Assembly (NCBI RefSeq): GCF_009914755.1 | Contig: NC_060930.1 | Reading direction: 5' to 3' (one strand) | Length of the DNA: 64,000 bases | DNA from: the human T2T-CHM13v2.0 reference genome, Homo sapiens | Shown here: positions 13,563-63,574 of the stretch, in pieces | Layout of the letters: each line of letters starts with the position of its first letter | Numbering within the stretch: position 1 is the first letter of the stretch | Position numbers and translations under genes: made by a program | Notes under the pieces: model-generated | Database searches by the model: none | Told to the model about the DNA's origin: nothing | What the model saw: the letters and a program-made list of their open reading frames with translations, nothing else

Positions 13563-14453
13563 GGGAGAGCTGCTTAATGTGCTTTAAAAGAGAGGAGATT
13601 CTATGTGCTTTTATCAGAAAGTTTGAGTTCCCTGCCCCTCTGCCTTCTTCACACCCATTATATTGTGGGAATGGATGAAAGCCACATGTCTGTGTGTGTG
13701 CATGTATGTGTGCAAGAGACAGCGACTGAAATGTAGTAAAGGGAGGTATCTTTATGCGAAAAATTATAGGCATCAAGTATATTTTATATTTTTTTCTACT
13801 TTAAGTCTTCGCCTCCATAGTCATGTTCCTACCTTTATCACTTCCATTTTTAATTCCCCTCCCTTGCCATATCCCCACTATTCCTTCACCTCCAATTCTA
13901 ATTCCTACCATATCTTCTTTGCTTCTCCCTCATGTTTTTCCCACTTCACTATATGTCTGTTTTGTATTCTCATTCTATTTTATTCCTCAAATAACAGCAA
14001 AAGAGAAGGGGAAGCTGAAGCCCAGCTAAGTTCGGAAACTCACCCAAGAACACACAGTGTCCACAGCATCAGAACTAAAATCCAGGCCCCATAATTTTCA
14101 GTCAGGCAACTCTCAAATACACACTGTTGCTTTCACACCATAATCAAATATCCCAGTATTTCAGGCTTGAGCCTTACAAAGGAAACTTAGCTTCTTCAGT
14201 CCTATTTCTTCTCTTACAATGCCCACAAATCGCAGGTAAAGGAGCAGCCAAAAAGACACAAAAATATCTTCATGTTTAGGCTGGCACATTGTGGACCTTG
14301 GTGTCATCTACCGGCCAAATATGGTATTGCATGTGACATCCCAGACTTCTGCTCCAGGGTCATCCGAACTGTACTTTGCTCAAAGACATAGATATGGTTA
14401 TGATACTATAAGCATTTATGTAATTGTTATGTTAACCCAAGTAACACTTAAAG

Positions 14454-14805
14454 TACAGATGCTCCTTGACTTATAATGATGTTACCTCCCAAAAAACCTA
14501 TCATATACTGAAAATATTGTAAGTTGAATATGCATTTCATACACCTAACCTACCAAACATCATAGCTTAGCCTAGCCTACCTTAAACATACTCAGAACAC
14601 TTACATTAGCCTACAGTTCAGCAAAATCCTCAATACAAAGTCTATTTTATAATAAAGTTTTGAATATCTCATGTAATTTACTGAATACTGTACTAAAAGT
14701 GAAAAAACAGAATGGTTATATTGGTACTCAAAGTACGGTTTCTACTGAATGTATCTCTTTTGCATTATTATAAAGTCAAAAAATGGTCAAAGTCAGGAAC
14801 CCCCT
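14454..14805. mobile_element. TcMar-Tigger MITE (MER47-like)
   Basis: tacagatgctccttgactta...catcatagcttagcctagcctaccttaaac. Confidence 0.65.
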
Positions 14806-15670
14806 GCAATTTACACATATTGACTTATTTAACCCTTATAACAACACTATGAAGCAGATAATATTATTATCCTTTTTCAGAGGTAAAAACTAAAACACAG
14901 AATTTATGTTACCACTTGCAAATGTGCAAGACAGGATTTGAACCCAGGAAAACTGGCTCCAGACTCCTTGCTCTTAACCTTGCCTTTTGGTAAAAATAAT
15001 GCCTCCCAGGCCCAGGTGAAAAGCTTCAACTTCTCAACAAGCTTTGAGGAAATCATTTCAATCTAAAACTATATCTAAATGATCCCCCAGCCGAAGGGGT
15101 TTCACTTCCTTAAAATAAGAGTTTTTCAAATACTTCAAAGCATAAGAAACAACAGAACAATAAAACTTTTGGAAAAAGTTGTGTTACAGTTCATTGTGTG
15201 TGTGTTTCTGGCTTAGTTCACCCACTAGATTTCAGGCTCTCAGAAGGCAAGGACCAGAATTTTGCATAAAATTGGCACCCAGTTTTATAAATGTATAAGT
15301 GAATGAATGAATGAATGAATGAATCTTACTCTCCAAAGAGAATATATAAAAGGTTCTGGGGTTCCAATCCCACATACGCTGTCTCCCAGCTTTTCCCTGG
15401 CAAGGGCAGCAATACCAAATTCCCTTTTGAGTACACGCCGATAAAATAAGAAAAAGGAAAATCTTAGTTTTATTTCTAGTTCCAACATAAAATGATTTTG
15501 ATTCAACATTTATCCTGGCATCAGCACAGAACAGCAACATTAATTCTATTATAATCCTAATCTTTATCCTAGCCATCCTTGTGTTAATCTTATTGTCTCC
15601 TTGACCTCGTTATTAGAGCATATTCTAATCTTAATGTAGAGCCCCCATTTTATATTTAATAATCCTAATC

Positions 15671-15978
<308 letters not shown>

Positions 15979-17029
15979 TCAGCCCTACAGGTAAGGCTAA
16001 GCTTAATTCCACTTTTCAAATCACTGTAGTAAGACCTTTTTTTCATGACCCCCTCTATCTGCTTTCTCTTACTGGCACCTAGAAATGTCTACACTTTTCT
16101 CCTGTTTATCATCTCCCTACAGCCAGAGGCTATAATGTTTGTATATAGTAAAATCGTTTCTAGACTGACTCTAGGGGAAATGCAACAGAGAATTAAATAA
16201 AGCAGTCTAAAAGAATCTGCTTTGTTGAATAAATGGTTTAACATAGGACTTAGGACTAACATCTCTTATCCTAAATTCATTGTTTCCATGTGACAGTCAT
16301 CTATTGGATACTCTGTGAGAAAATCCAATATAAAGTTACTCAGTCACAACCCCCACAATGTCCAGTGAAAATAGGGATGGTCAGGCACATAGTGCCAGCA
16401 TACATGACAGTTACACAACTGAATTGGAGCAAATAAGAGTCTACAGGAATACAGAATTAAAGAATAATGTGTGTGAGTGCTTGGAGCGGCAGTGATCATG
16501 GAAGCCTCTTAGAGGTTTGAACCACAGAAGAGTAAACAAAATAAGAAGTATTTGCTGACTGTGTAGAAATGAGATGATGCAAAGACCCCCTTTTTAGGGG
16601 CTTGGGGACTCCTAAGCATGGAAATAAAGCAAAATCCTGTGTTTCTTCAAGGAAAATTCCAGGCACCTAGCTGGCTCTGAGAAATAAGTAGCAACTTGAA
16701 AAGCAACAAGGTAATAGCAGCCTAAGACAATAGCCAAGGAAGTTAAGCGTTCTGAATAGGTTTGCTTTCCTCATAGAAACTAAAGATAACCTCTTAACAT
16801 ATGTCTCTGCGTTGTCTCTCAGAAACTCGGAACCCCACCAAATGAATCTGCTGGCATAGACCTCAGAGGACAGGAAAATGACTGAACTTTATAACCATCA
16901 TCCTTTGTTCTAAGTTTCTTCCTGAGGAGCTTGGAGAAAGTAACACCTTCTAGGCAGTTAACATTTTTCTACTGGACCCCAAATTTTTAAACAAAGGTTC
17001 TCTTCCTTAACTAATTGCAAATTTGGGGT

Positions 17030-17347
<318 letters not shown>

Positions 17348-17366
17348 TAGATCAAAACCAATGTGG

Positions 17367-18030
<664 letters not shown>

Positions 18031-18053
18031 TTACCCCTGCCTTTAAAAACCCA

Positions 18054-18725
18054 TGTTACAATAGTTAGTCAGACACGAGCAGGGCAGGAAAGGGCCTCCT
18101 TCCCCACCAGGAATGTCAGGCAACCATCAGGTGATAGGCGGTTGTTAAGCTGTCTCTCTAAAATAATCATTGGTCACAGCCTGTGCCAGGGAAAAACAGT
18201 CTCCCAATAAATAGAAAAACCTGAAACTAAGATCTCAGGAGTTGGGCAAGTGGGCTCATGCATGGGCACTAAGGGAGAAATGACAGCATTTAACTGGTTT
18301 ATAACCTTATAGGAACACTCCCTGGTAAGGGAAGAATGCCTCAAGTCAGCATGCATACTACTCCAGTAAACATACCGTGCATGCAGCCCCTCCCAAGCAC
18401 TAGCAGGCCACTGTACATGCAGACAGCCCACCCCAAGGGAAGATTCAGGGGAGAAGGGACCCTGGAACCCTGCCAACATATAAAACCCTAAGTCAAGGTC
18501 AAAACCACGCACTTGATCTCTCAAGTTGCCTGCTTGGCCCCCTTCCAAGTTGGCTTTACTTTATTTTGTTCCTGCTGTAAAGCTTTTTAATAAACTTTTA
18601 CTCCTGTTCTAAAATTTGCTTCGGTCTCTTACTCTGCTTTATGCCCCTCAGTCAGATTCTTTCTTCTGAGGAGGCAAAAATTGAGGTTGCTGCAGACCTG
18701 TACAGATTCGCAGCTGCTAACATAT
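18054..18725 (+). mobile_element. Solo LTR (MER50-like)
   Basis: tgttacaatagttagtcagacacgagcagggcagg...ccaggaatgtcaggcaaccatcaggtgat; tataaaa at about 18479, aataaa at about 18589. Confidence 0.65.
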
Positions 18726-19209
18726 TTTCATGCCATGTAACTCTGATACATTCTGCCGCTAATACCCTTGCCTGCAAGACATCAGGGAGGCCAGGACTTG
18801 AGTGTTTAGCTGCCTGGTCCTCCCTGCGTAGTGTCCTGCAACAAATGCCTTTCTTTCTATTGGTGCAATCCTTGGTGTAAGTATCTGGTTTTATTGCACC
18901 AGGCAAGCAGACCCCAGTTTGGTTCTATAACAGAAAAGGCTAAAGACAAAAATAAGCATGTTGTGCATTAAGATAGGGAGATGTGGGGGAAGGAGTTACA
19001 CCGAGGAGCAAAATGATTAAGCAGGAAGGTAGAGATTATTTCAGAAAGATACAGAAGCTACTGAATTGAATACAACCAGAAAAAAAAAAAAAAAAAAGGA
19101 TCCCTTACAGATGTTTCAAACCTACATGATTTAGGTCTCCTGAGGGCAGGCACTTAACTATTCATTCTAACATGACATGTGAGTTGGAAGCCTTAAAGGA
19201 ACATTATTC

Positions 19210-19468
19210 AAGAACCTCGTCTCTACTAAAAATATGAAGTCTCTAATAAAAATTAAAAAGTCTCTACTAAAAATACAAATAATAATAATAATAATAGCCA
19301 GGGCTGGTGGCAGGTGCCTGTAAACCCCTTGCTTGGGAAGCTGAGGTAGGAGAACCACTTGAACCCAGGAGGCGGAGGTTTCGGTGAACCGAGATCACGC
19401 CACTGCATTCCAGCCTGGGAGTTAGAGTGAGACTCCATCTCAAAAAAATAATAATAAAATAAAATAAA
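19210..19468 (+). mobile_element. 5'-truncated Alu
   Basis: Alu linker and right arm. Confidence 0.85.
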
Positions 19469-20123
19469 CCTCAAACGTCTGAAGGGCTCACCGAATCATG
19501 AATAGATGCTTATGTGTAGGGCCCAGCCCTGTCTTATCCTTCTATCTCCCAGGGAAGGGGAAACCTTCTGGCTCCTCCTATGCAGAATTAATCGCTCACC
19601 CTTGAAGGGTACCAGTATATGCCACCTCAAACTATCTTTAGCATGTGGATTATTTTGAGCTAACAATTGAAAATCATCAGACTAGTGAATGCTGTAAAAC
19701 AGGATACAAGTTTTCCTTTTGTAAATAAATTCACATCTGTAAAGGTACAACTCTTACTAATGGAGAAGACATCAGTTTAAATCTACATAACAAACCTTTT
19801 CTATCTGTAAAGGTACAACTCTACTAATGGAGAAGACAGTTTAAATCCACATAACAAACCTTACTAAACCACTTTGTTCCATATTTTCCTGGTCACTTTC
19901 CCATAACTTGCCTGCCCATCTACCACTCACCCAGAAGCCCCAAACTCCTTTTCCTTTACCTAGCCAAGATGGTATACAGTTGCTAAGAACAACACGATTT
20001 GAACTCCATGGATTCACTCACACATGATTTTTTTCAGTAAGTATATTGAAAATTTTTGGAGATTTGTGACAATTTGAAAAAACTCACAAACCACATAGCT
20101 TAGAAGCACTGGAAAAATTAATG

Positions 20124-21562
<1,439 letters not shown>

Positions 21563-21632
21563 AATAAATGTATAAAATATATGTAGATACTACCAAAAAA
21601 TATACACAAATCTACTATAAAAACCAAAAATT

Positions 21633-21914
<282 letters not shown>

Positions 21915-22464
21915 TTACGCACACACTTACAGACCATACATAAGCCACTCAAAGTCAAGAGAAAGCTTAACAAAAGATGCAGAATTAAATCATAACGGCA
22001 TAAAATTAACTGTAGTGTATACTGTTCTACTGTAATTTGATAGCCACCTCCTCTTACTATTGCAAAGAGCTCAACTGTTGCAAGTATCTGCCTAAAATGC
22101 CAAGTGACACTAATCATCTCTGCATGAGCAGTTCATCTATCCAGTAAATTGTGTATAGCAGTAAAGAGTGGTCTCTCAAGATTCTTGCATATATTTCATC
22201 ATGTCTAGAGCAATACTGTGAACCTTAAATAACACCATAGGGCCCATATGAAGTGCCAACAGTGATGCTGGAAGTTCTCCCAAGAAGCAAAGTCATGACT
22301 CTATAAGAAGTTGAATTGCTTGATATACACCATAGATCAAGGTCTGTTGCTGGGGTTGCTGCCATTTCAGACAGACGATTCATCATGTAAATGATGTAAA
22401 CTTAAGGCATCAATAAATACAGTATAGTACCCTATATGTATTTTCCTTACAATTTTCTTGATAA

Positions 22465-22997
<533 letters not shown>

Positions 22998-23944
22998 CAT
23001 GAGCCCAAATTCTAACCGCCCCTTTGCATTGTTCACCACTGGGTACTCCCATGTGTACATGCATGAAGCAAATGTTAATAAACTTCTATTTGTTTTTCTC
23101 TCATTAATCTGTCTTATGCCACTCTAATTTACACAGCCACGGCTGGAGAACCTAAGACAGGAAGAGGAAAAGGATTTTCTTTCCTACACTCCCTACACAC
23201 ACCTGGGGAATGCACTCTGCAGGCCACATGACGTTGCTTCTGCATCTGTCTCCCTAGCTTTGCTGCATCAGTCCCAGTGTCCAGCCCACACAGGCCTCAG
23301 TACGTGTCCCTATCACAGCTGCTGCTGGTGCTGAACTCACCTTCCAGGAGAGTCTCCAGCATATCCTTCCACACTCCAGGGAGCCATGTAAGTGGATGCC
23401 ATACTGGTTAAATATTTTGAGTAGCATCCCATTTGAGGGAAGCTGTCACTTAACATGAACCCACCATAAGGTGGCTAATGAATAGCACCTTTCTGCCTGC
23501 CTTCAAGTGACAGCCTCCCTTAACATGAAGCCTACCTTTTGGTAAGCTTCATGTCAAGTGATAGCTTCCCTCAAGGGCAAAGTCACAGAATTATCTGTTT
23601 CAAAAGCCTGAGTGGATAAACAAACTGTTGCCTATCCAGGGTGTCCTAAAACTACCAAGGACTGTGGGAGGAGCAATTGGCAGGACCATCTTCAACACTT
23701 CCCATTTTCTGCTGGGGTGAGATCACAGCTGGCCCCCAAGCATCCAGAGGAATCCAGGGCCTGGTAAGAGGCTGTACGACAGCAAATATACAAGGCTAGG
23801 GTGCTCAGCTCAGAGGGCGGACAAAGAACATGTTAAAGTGAAGTGAACACTGGCTTTGCAGCAGGCAGACCAGATGCAGCAGGCTGCTTTTACCAAAGCA
23901 GCCTGCAACACACATTTGTCCCATTCCACATGTTCTCTTTACAG

Positions 23945-24412
23945 TGTGACTTACGCTCATCCCACCAACAGGTGAAGTGTTTCCTCTCCTGAACCTAGGC
24001 ATGGCCTTGTGACTGCTTGGACCAGTGGAATATCTCAGAAGTGATGCTACGTGACTTTCAAGGCTTTGTCAGGGAAAAAAAAAATACAGCTTAAACCTGG
24101 CTGACTCTCTACAACTGCCTCCACTTGCCTTTGGAACTGTCATTAGGTCATGAGGAATACCAGGCCACATGGAAAGGTCATGTGTAGGGGTCTCAGCTGA
24201 CAGCCAATACCTCCTTTAGATGCTGAGTGAAGGATCTTTTGGACAACAAACCTCAGACTTCAGATCTTCCAGATGCTGTGGAGCAGGGTGAACCCTCCCC
24301 ACTGTACCCTATCTGAATTTCTAGCCCACAAAAACCATGATGGATAATAAATGATTATTGTTGTCTGAAGCCATTTAGGGTAACAGGTTTTGTGGCAATA
24401 GATAATAATATA
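23945..24412 (+). mobile_element. MaLR LTR (MLT1 family)
   Basis: ggccttgtgactgcttggaccagtggaat...ttgtggcaatagataa. Confidence 0.6.
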
Positions 24413-24987
24413 TGCAGTTTGAATACTGGCTTTGCTCCTTAGTTTTGTGACCCCAGAAAATGAACACACAGTCCCCTTGCTTTTAGATTTGTCCTTCACA
24501 CCAGAGCTAATGGCTGTGAGATGCCCAACACTCCTGGTTGCTCTCTTAAGTGATCACGTTTGTTTTTCTGCTCACTGGTCATCTTCCCACGTCGAGAAGG
24601 TACAACGCTTGAAAGCCATCTTACTCACCATTTTGCCTCAGTGCCAAAAAAAGCACCTGCCACAGCAACTCACCATCAACACTTGTTGAAGATCACCTAA
24701 CTAATGTAGCAGCCAAGTGCGCACAAAGTGCTCTCTACTGGTAGACAACCAACAGGAGGGCAGGGAGGCAACAGGCTAAGTCAGGGAAAAGCAGGGGACA
24801 TGGAAGCCTGCAGGCAGTCTACATTCTAGGACATTCCAGAGTTAGAAAGTGATCTGAACCCTACCCAAAGGCAGGTCTGAAAGGCAAAGCCTGCCTCACA
24901 GTGCACAGGGAGCAAGTCCTCCCAGAACTGCCAAGCGGTAGCCTCTCCACCTGGCAACACATCTCCTTTGCACCCCTTGGGGTACAA

Positions 24988-25056
24988 TTATATATTAATT
25001 ATGTATCATTGTGTGTGTGTATATGTATATATGTGTGTGTGTATGTGTGTGTATAT
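24988..25056. repeat. Compound (TG/TA) microsatellite
   Basis: Seen directly. Confidence 0.85.
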
Positions 25057-25597
25057 CTCATTGTAATTATATATAATGTACTAATAATTAGTATTAGTGC
25101 TAATCAATAGCACCATTCACCCTGAAAAGACACTTTCAGAAATGAATACATGAAGTCTCATTGTAGATAAGCATTGACAGATGAACATTTGCAACTGATC
25201 TTAATCATCAGGAACATTAACTGTGAACTCAAATAAGTAGTTATCTCAAAATTGTTTTTCTTATTAGTAGGAGGCCTGTATGAAAAATAGTGCTCAGTCA
25301 TGTTTTAAATTTGGCCAGTAAAAATCTTACAAGTTCTCTTCTAAGTACCTTTTTAATATTCTCAATCTCACTCCTTCCCACCCCTTTGCACTGGGCACTC
25401 TGCTAGCCGCACCGTTTGGCTCTCGACTCCTGCACTCCTGCTAGCAGAGTGTCTGGCTTACCTTTGGCCACAGTAGAACTTTTCACCCTTTGTTTATAAT
25501 TTACAGCCCACTTAAGTGCAATGCAAGTTTGAGATGATAATTTGGGTCTTTTAGGTTCTACCCAGGGCTGTTCTATAGCTCCTGCTACTGTTGTTTC

Positions 25598-25896
25598 TTT
25601 TTTTTTTTCTTTTTTTTTTTTTTTGAGACAGTCTCACTCTGTCGCCCAGGCTGGAGTGCAGTGGCACAAACTCACTGCAACCTTCATCTCCTGGGTTCAA
25701 GCAATTATCTGCCTCAGCCTCCCGAGTAGCTGAGATTACAGGCACCCACCATCACGCCCAGCTAATTTTTGTATTTTTAGTAGAGACAGGGTTTCGCCAT
25801 CTTGGCCAGGCTGGTCTTGAACTCCTGACCTCGTGATCCACCCACCTCAGCCTCCCAAAGTGCTGGGATTACAGGCGTGAGCCACCACACCCAGCC
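25598..25896 (-). mobile_element. Alu (AluS-like)
   Basis: Reverse Alu; TSD ctcctgct(a/g)ctgtt. Confidence 0.93.
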
Positions 25897-26961
25897 TCCT
25901 GCTGCTGTTCTGATGCCAACTATTCATTTTCCAAACTGCAGGCTTATCTACTCCATAGACTTCTTCTCTTTTCCTAGCGGATATTTCACTGTGGGAAGAA
26001 GAGAGACTCAAATTAAGTCCAACTGGTCCAAGGTGGATAATCACAGTGGAAAGTTTTTCAAGTACTGGTCTAAGATTCAACCAGCCCATGCTTTAGTGGA
26101 AGTTCAGAAATTGGCTCTTAACAGGTCAGTGAATGACAGGGCCCATCCAACCCTTGCAGCTGTCTTACAAAAATCTGAGAATCACTTTAAAAATCAGTGC
26201 CAAAATAAAAGAAAATTTGAGCTTCAAAAAAGCACTCTCCAAGATGACACAAAAAATGTTTAAAGTCTCAGGCAAATGTTTTTGCCCTTGTCCATTCAAG
26301 ATTTTTTTTCAGTTTGATAGCAAATTATTTCCAAGATGCTCAGAGTTCCTAAACAAAGATGTTTAAGGTTGGAAGCACTCAGCAGCCATCTCATCCATTA
26401 CCTTCTAGCAGTCATCATTCTTTTACTCTTCTTAGTTCCTGGGAAGGAGCGTCCCTAGAGGGGATGCTTAGGCACTTGCTCCAGGCTCCCAATACATGCC
26501 CACTACTGTCAAGGAACTCATTAAACAGCAGGGACAGAGGCTAACATTCACGCAACATATACCATGGCCCAAGGGCCAACCTAGGCACCTGAATGCACAA
26601 TTTATAATAGTCTTTGTACCCAACCTATGGAGGAATGTATTACTGTTATTCTCATTTTCATAAATGAGGACATGGGGAATAGAGACTAAGAAAATGTTTG
26701 CATGTGGTTGGATCTGATACCCTGGCAGTCTGACTCCAGAGCCCACACTTTTAACCAGTAGTGTCCTCACTCACTAATCTCAGACTTAATCATGTCCTGC
26801 TTCATTCTGCTAAGCCCTCAATGGATCAATAAAACACCTCTTTTCACCCTCCGCTTTAATGCCTTTTCATGAACTTGGAGTCCTCTGAGCCTCCCTTCTT
26901 GGATTGAAGCCCATTCTGTTCACAGGAAGACTGCAAGGTGCCGAGTCACACTGTTCACTGG

Positions 26962-26967
26962 TTTATT
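26962..26967 (-). terminator. GABBR1: GABBR1 polyadenylation signal (AATAAA)
   Basis: tttatt on + strand, about 1.3 kb past the stop codon. Confidence 0.75.
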
Positions 26968-28253
26968 GAGATTCGGGGAGATCCTTCCCCAAGAGACACC
27001 ACAGTGTGAAAGGGACACCACCTCCCACCCCATAGGTCCATCTGTCTATCCCAACAGTCAAGGGTGCCTTCCTTTGGTCAGGATTCTCATCAACTATCCA
27101 CTGGAAGCAGCTCTCCAAACCTGCCCCCACTTATTTTTCCTTAATTCCCCTCAAAAAAACACAAAACAAAAGGGAGCAGTCTTGGGAGAAGATGATTGTG
27201 AGTGTAGACTGAGGGTAGTACATGAATGCAATGGAGATGGGGGGAATCTGAGCAGAAATGGAGATTCTGTGACAAGGAGAGGGTGTGGATGGCCCCACCA
27301 AACATGAATTGGGGAAAAGTGCATAACAATGTGCAGGGTAGGGTACATATGGCTCTGTCAGAAGAATACCATGATTTAAGGGAAGAAAGTACACAAGGTA
27401 CATGGAGGGTACACAGGGAAAGTACATGGATAAACATGGACGTGTGCAAATAGGAAAGACATGACTCAGCATGCTAGACAAATTGCACATGCCTACCCAA
27501 ACACGCTCAAGGGCAGACCCATGACCATGAGAGGGGCACACGTAGCTGTGAATGCAGGGCACCCGAGAGCACATGTGACTGAACATGAAGAAAGCATACG
27601 GGAAAAGCGTGTGTACACATGAGCATGTTCAGTGGGCACACGCAGGAGAGGGGAGGATGCATGTGTGCTGAGCGTGAGTGCACAGAGCAGAGGCAAGGAG
27701 CATGTGAGCCTTGGCGAAAAGAATGAGCTCCCAAAGGAAGCAAAATTCAGGGGGAGCCACATGTGAGAAAGTATGGAAGGGCAAGTAAGATGGAAAGAGA
27801 TTATGACAGTGGAGAAAAGGAGAGGCCCCTTTGGGGTGGAAAGAGCACTTGTTGGGAGACCCCTGCTGGACAGGAACAGAGCACAAAGGCAGAGGAGCTG
27901 CAGGGGTTGCCGTGGTAACTAGAAGAGGGTGTTGCATGGGAAGAGAAAGATGCAGTGAGGCTGCTGAGGAGGCAGCGTGTGAGCAGTGAGCAGCTTCAAG
28001 CCAGGTACGAACTAAATTGTGAAGAGGTGATACAAAATTACATGAAGCAGTAAGAGAGAAAAAGGTCTGTTTCCCAGAGGTATGAGAGACCCAAATCAGC
28101 CCAGAACTCACAGGGGGACATGTATTTACAAGAGATGAGATTGGATAGCATGTTCTTCCCAGCTGGGGATGGGGACCCCCTGCTTCCTGAGTCCCCTGCC
28201 CTTCCCCTCTCCCTTTCCCTCCCCCTACTGGCCTGTCCTCCCTCACCCTACCC

Positions 28254-58150
<29,897 letters not shown>

Positions 58151-58668
58151 GACAGGGAGTCTGGGATGAAGGTGGAGAAAGACGGCTGCACAAAGAGAAG
58201 GCAGCCCTAGATCCGGGTGAGAGGAGAGAGGCAGAGGCAGATGCCCAGGAGAACTGCGACCGGAGGGCGAGAAAGAAGCCTGGGTCAGAAGGAGGTGGGG
58301 GAGGGGGACTGAGGACCACCTAAGCGCAAGAAGGGTTGGGTGTAGAAGAGATTTCTGGGAGACTAGAGCAGCTCCATGGTCCAGCAGCATTGCTACTCGC
58401 CTGCTCTGCAGGGAACGCGCAGAACGGATTGGAGGCAAAAAACAAAACAGGGAGGGGGACATCAAGGAGAGAAATTGAAGTACGAAGGGAGTAAAAGGAC
58501 AAGAGAAAAGAACCTCAGGGTGGTTTAGAAGCCAGTATTACCTGATGTACTCCAGCAGAGCCTAGCAAACAGTATTTCTTGACCAAGGGCAAACTGGAAG
58601 CTCTAAAGACAGCAGGTACAGACCTTTTTGACGGCTCCAGAAGCTCTTGGCTATACCTTGAAGTGGAG

Positions 58669-58670
<2 letters not shown>

Positions 58671-58714
<44 letters not shown>
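58671..58714. repeat. (GT)22 microsatellite
   Basis: Seen directly. Confidence 0.95.
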
Positions 58715-58715
<1 letters not shown>

Positions 58716-58859
58716 GTGCTGTTGTTGTTCGTAGGCCTGAGTTTGGGCTGGGAGAGGAAACAGTGGGCTCCTTGTTGGGGGGGACAAAAAAAAAGCTGCT
58801 TTCTGGCTGGTCCTAGGGGGAAAAATGGTAGGAAGAAACCAAACACTGAGAGACTGACT

Positions 58860-59725
<866 letters not shown>

Positions 59726-59818
59726 GGTGAGGAACAATTCTTCAACATGTAGGTAGTGCTTTGAAGAATATCTTACACCTCTGCCCCAACCATAAATGTC
59801 AATAGTGCCCCTTCCCTT

Positions 59819-60068
59819 ATCACCTGAGGTTGGGAGTTCGAGACCAGCCTGACCAGCGTGGAGAAGCCCCAACTCTACTAAAAATACAAAATTAGCCAGG
59901 CATGGTGGTGCATGCCCGTAATCCTAGCTACTCAGGAGGCTGAGGCAGGAGAATCACTTGAACCCGGGAGGCGGAGGTTGCAGTGAGCCAAGATCATGCC
60001 ATGCCATTGCACTTCAGCCTGGGTGACAAGAGTCAAACTCAGTCAAAAAAAAAAAAAACAAAAAAAAA
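59819..60068 (+). mobile_element. 5'-truncated Alu
   Basis: Alu consensus from tcacctgaggt. Confidence 0.9.
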
Positions 60069-60142
60069 CAGCTAAAAGATGCATCAAAATGTTAACAAGG
60101 ATTGCCTCTGGGCCATTAATTGTTGCATAACTTTTCTTTTTT

Positions 60143-61602
<1,460 letters not shown>

Positions 61603-62111
61603 TAATTGATTTATAAAGGTTTAAAGAAAACCTTCCTAGCAAGTTGCATCAGTATAGCTAAAATCTGTTACTTGTTTGGGAGGCAGAGGCATTTGAGGGT
61701 ACAGACAAGGGCTCCAATTATGTTCATTATACAAACCACTCACCTTTTTCCACCAGTAGCTACAACTTCCCCCTTTCACATCTTTTCATATTCCAATGTC
61801 ACTGCCAGGATTCCTGGCCATATTTTTCAGGATATTTGTAGAGGTCCTTCCAGAACCACTACTTGAGTATCCTAATTTCATCCTCCCCACAATCAATCTA
61901 CTTCCTTCTTTTCCTTTTACATCAAGCACAAAACTTCTTTCCTCTGGAAGGATCCCCAGGCTTGATCCCATCCTTCTCTCACTTCTGTACAATTTGTGCC
62001 TTTGGCAATGCCATCTCCTTTTGTAGTTTTTGACGGTTTTTCATAGAGATAGTGGAGTTCCTACTCAGATTACTGGAAAATGACAAATCTTATTCATTTT
62101 AGTTCCCATAC

Positions 62112-62464
62112 TTTCTTTTTTTTTAATAATTTTTATTTTTTATTCTTATTTATTTATTTTTATTTTATTTATTTATTTATTTTTTGAGACAGTCTCACAC
62201 TGTCGCCCGGGCTGGAGTGCAGTGGCGCGATCTCGCTCACTGCAACCTCTGCCTCCTGGGTTCAAGCAATTCTCTTGCCTCAGCCTCCTGAGTAGCTGGG
62301 AATTACCGGCGCCCCACCACCACGCCCAGCTAATTTTTTGTATTTTTAGTAGAGACGGGGTTTCACCATGTTGGCCAGGCTGGTCTCAAACTCCTGACCT
62401 CATGATCTGCCCGCCTCAGCCTCCCAAAGTGCTGGGATTACAGGCATGAGCCACGGGGCCTGGC
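62112..62464 (-). mobile_element. Alu with AT-rich tail
   Basis: Reverse Alu; TSD tcccatactttcttt. Confidence 0.93.
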
Positions 62465-62608
62465 CTCCCATACTTTCTTTCTACTTCCTTTTCTCTCTTC
62501 TGCCTCATCTTCCATCCATCCCTGAGAGCATATAGCCCAGAATTTAACACTCTGGGAGCCCTGAAAACATATTAACCAACGTAGTTCACTTGATTGATGA
62601 TCAGGTAG

Positions 62609-63173
<565 letters not shown>

Positions 63174-63574
63174 TCCAAGGCATTTTCTGTCAAGGGTCAA
63201 ACTGCAGTTCTATTCTCTCATCTAAAGTAGTGGTGATCACTGGGTGAATGGAAGATGTTCATGTCCTCTTGGGTTAGGATGAAAGACCTGTCTTCTGGGA
63301 GAGTTTTCTGTCCTGTAACAGCTCTTGCTCTTTAGAAAAATGTATAGGGCAAAGGTTTATTATTCAAACGTGAAGTTATTTACACTCTGGGATTCACTCT
63401 GGCTTTTTAGTGAGGTTTTGAATCCTTTGCATCATATTTAATATCACTAAAATAGGATATTTTTGTGAAACTGTTTGATCCTTCCCCTCAGTTTCCATTT
63501 GTGTGTTCTCTTTCTTCCCGTCTTGATAGGCACAGGCACTCAGAATCACTGGGCCAGAAAGAAGTAAGAGAGTA

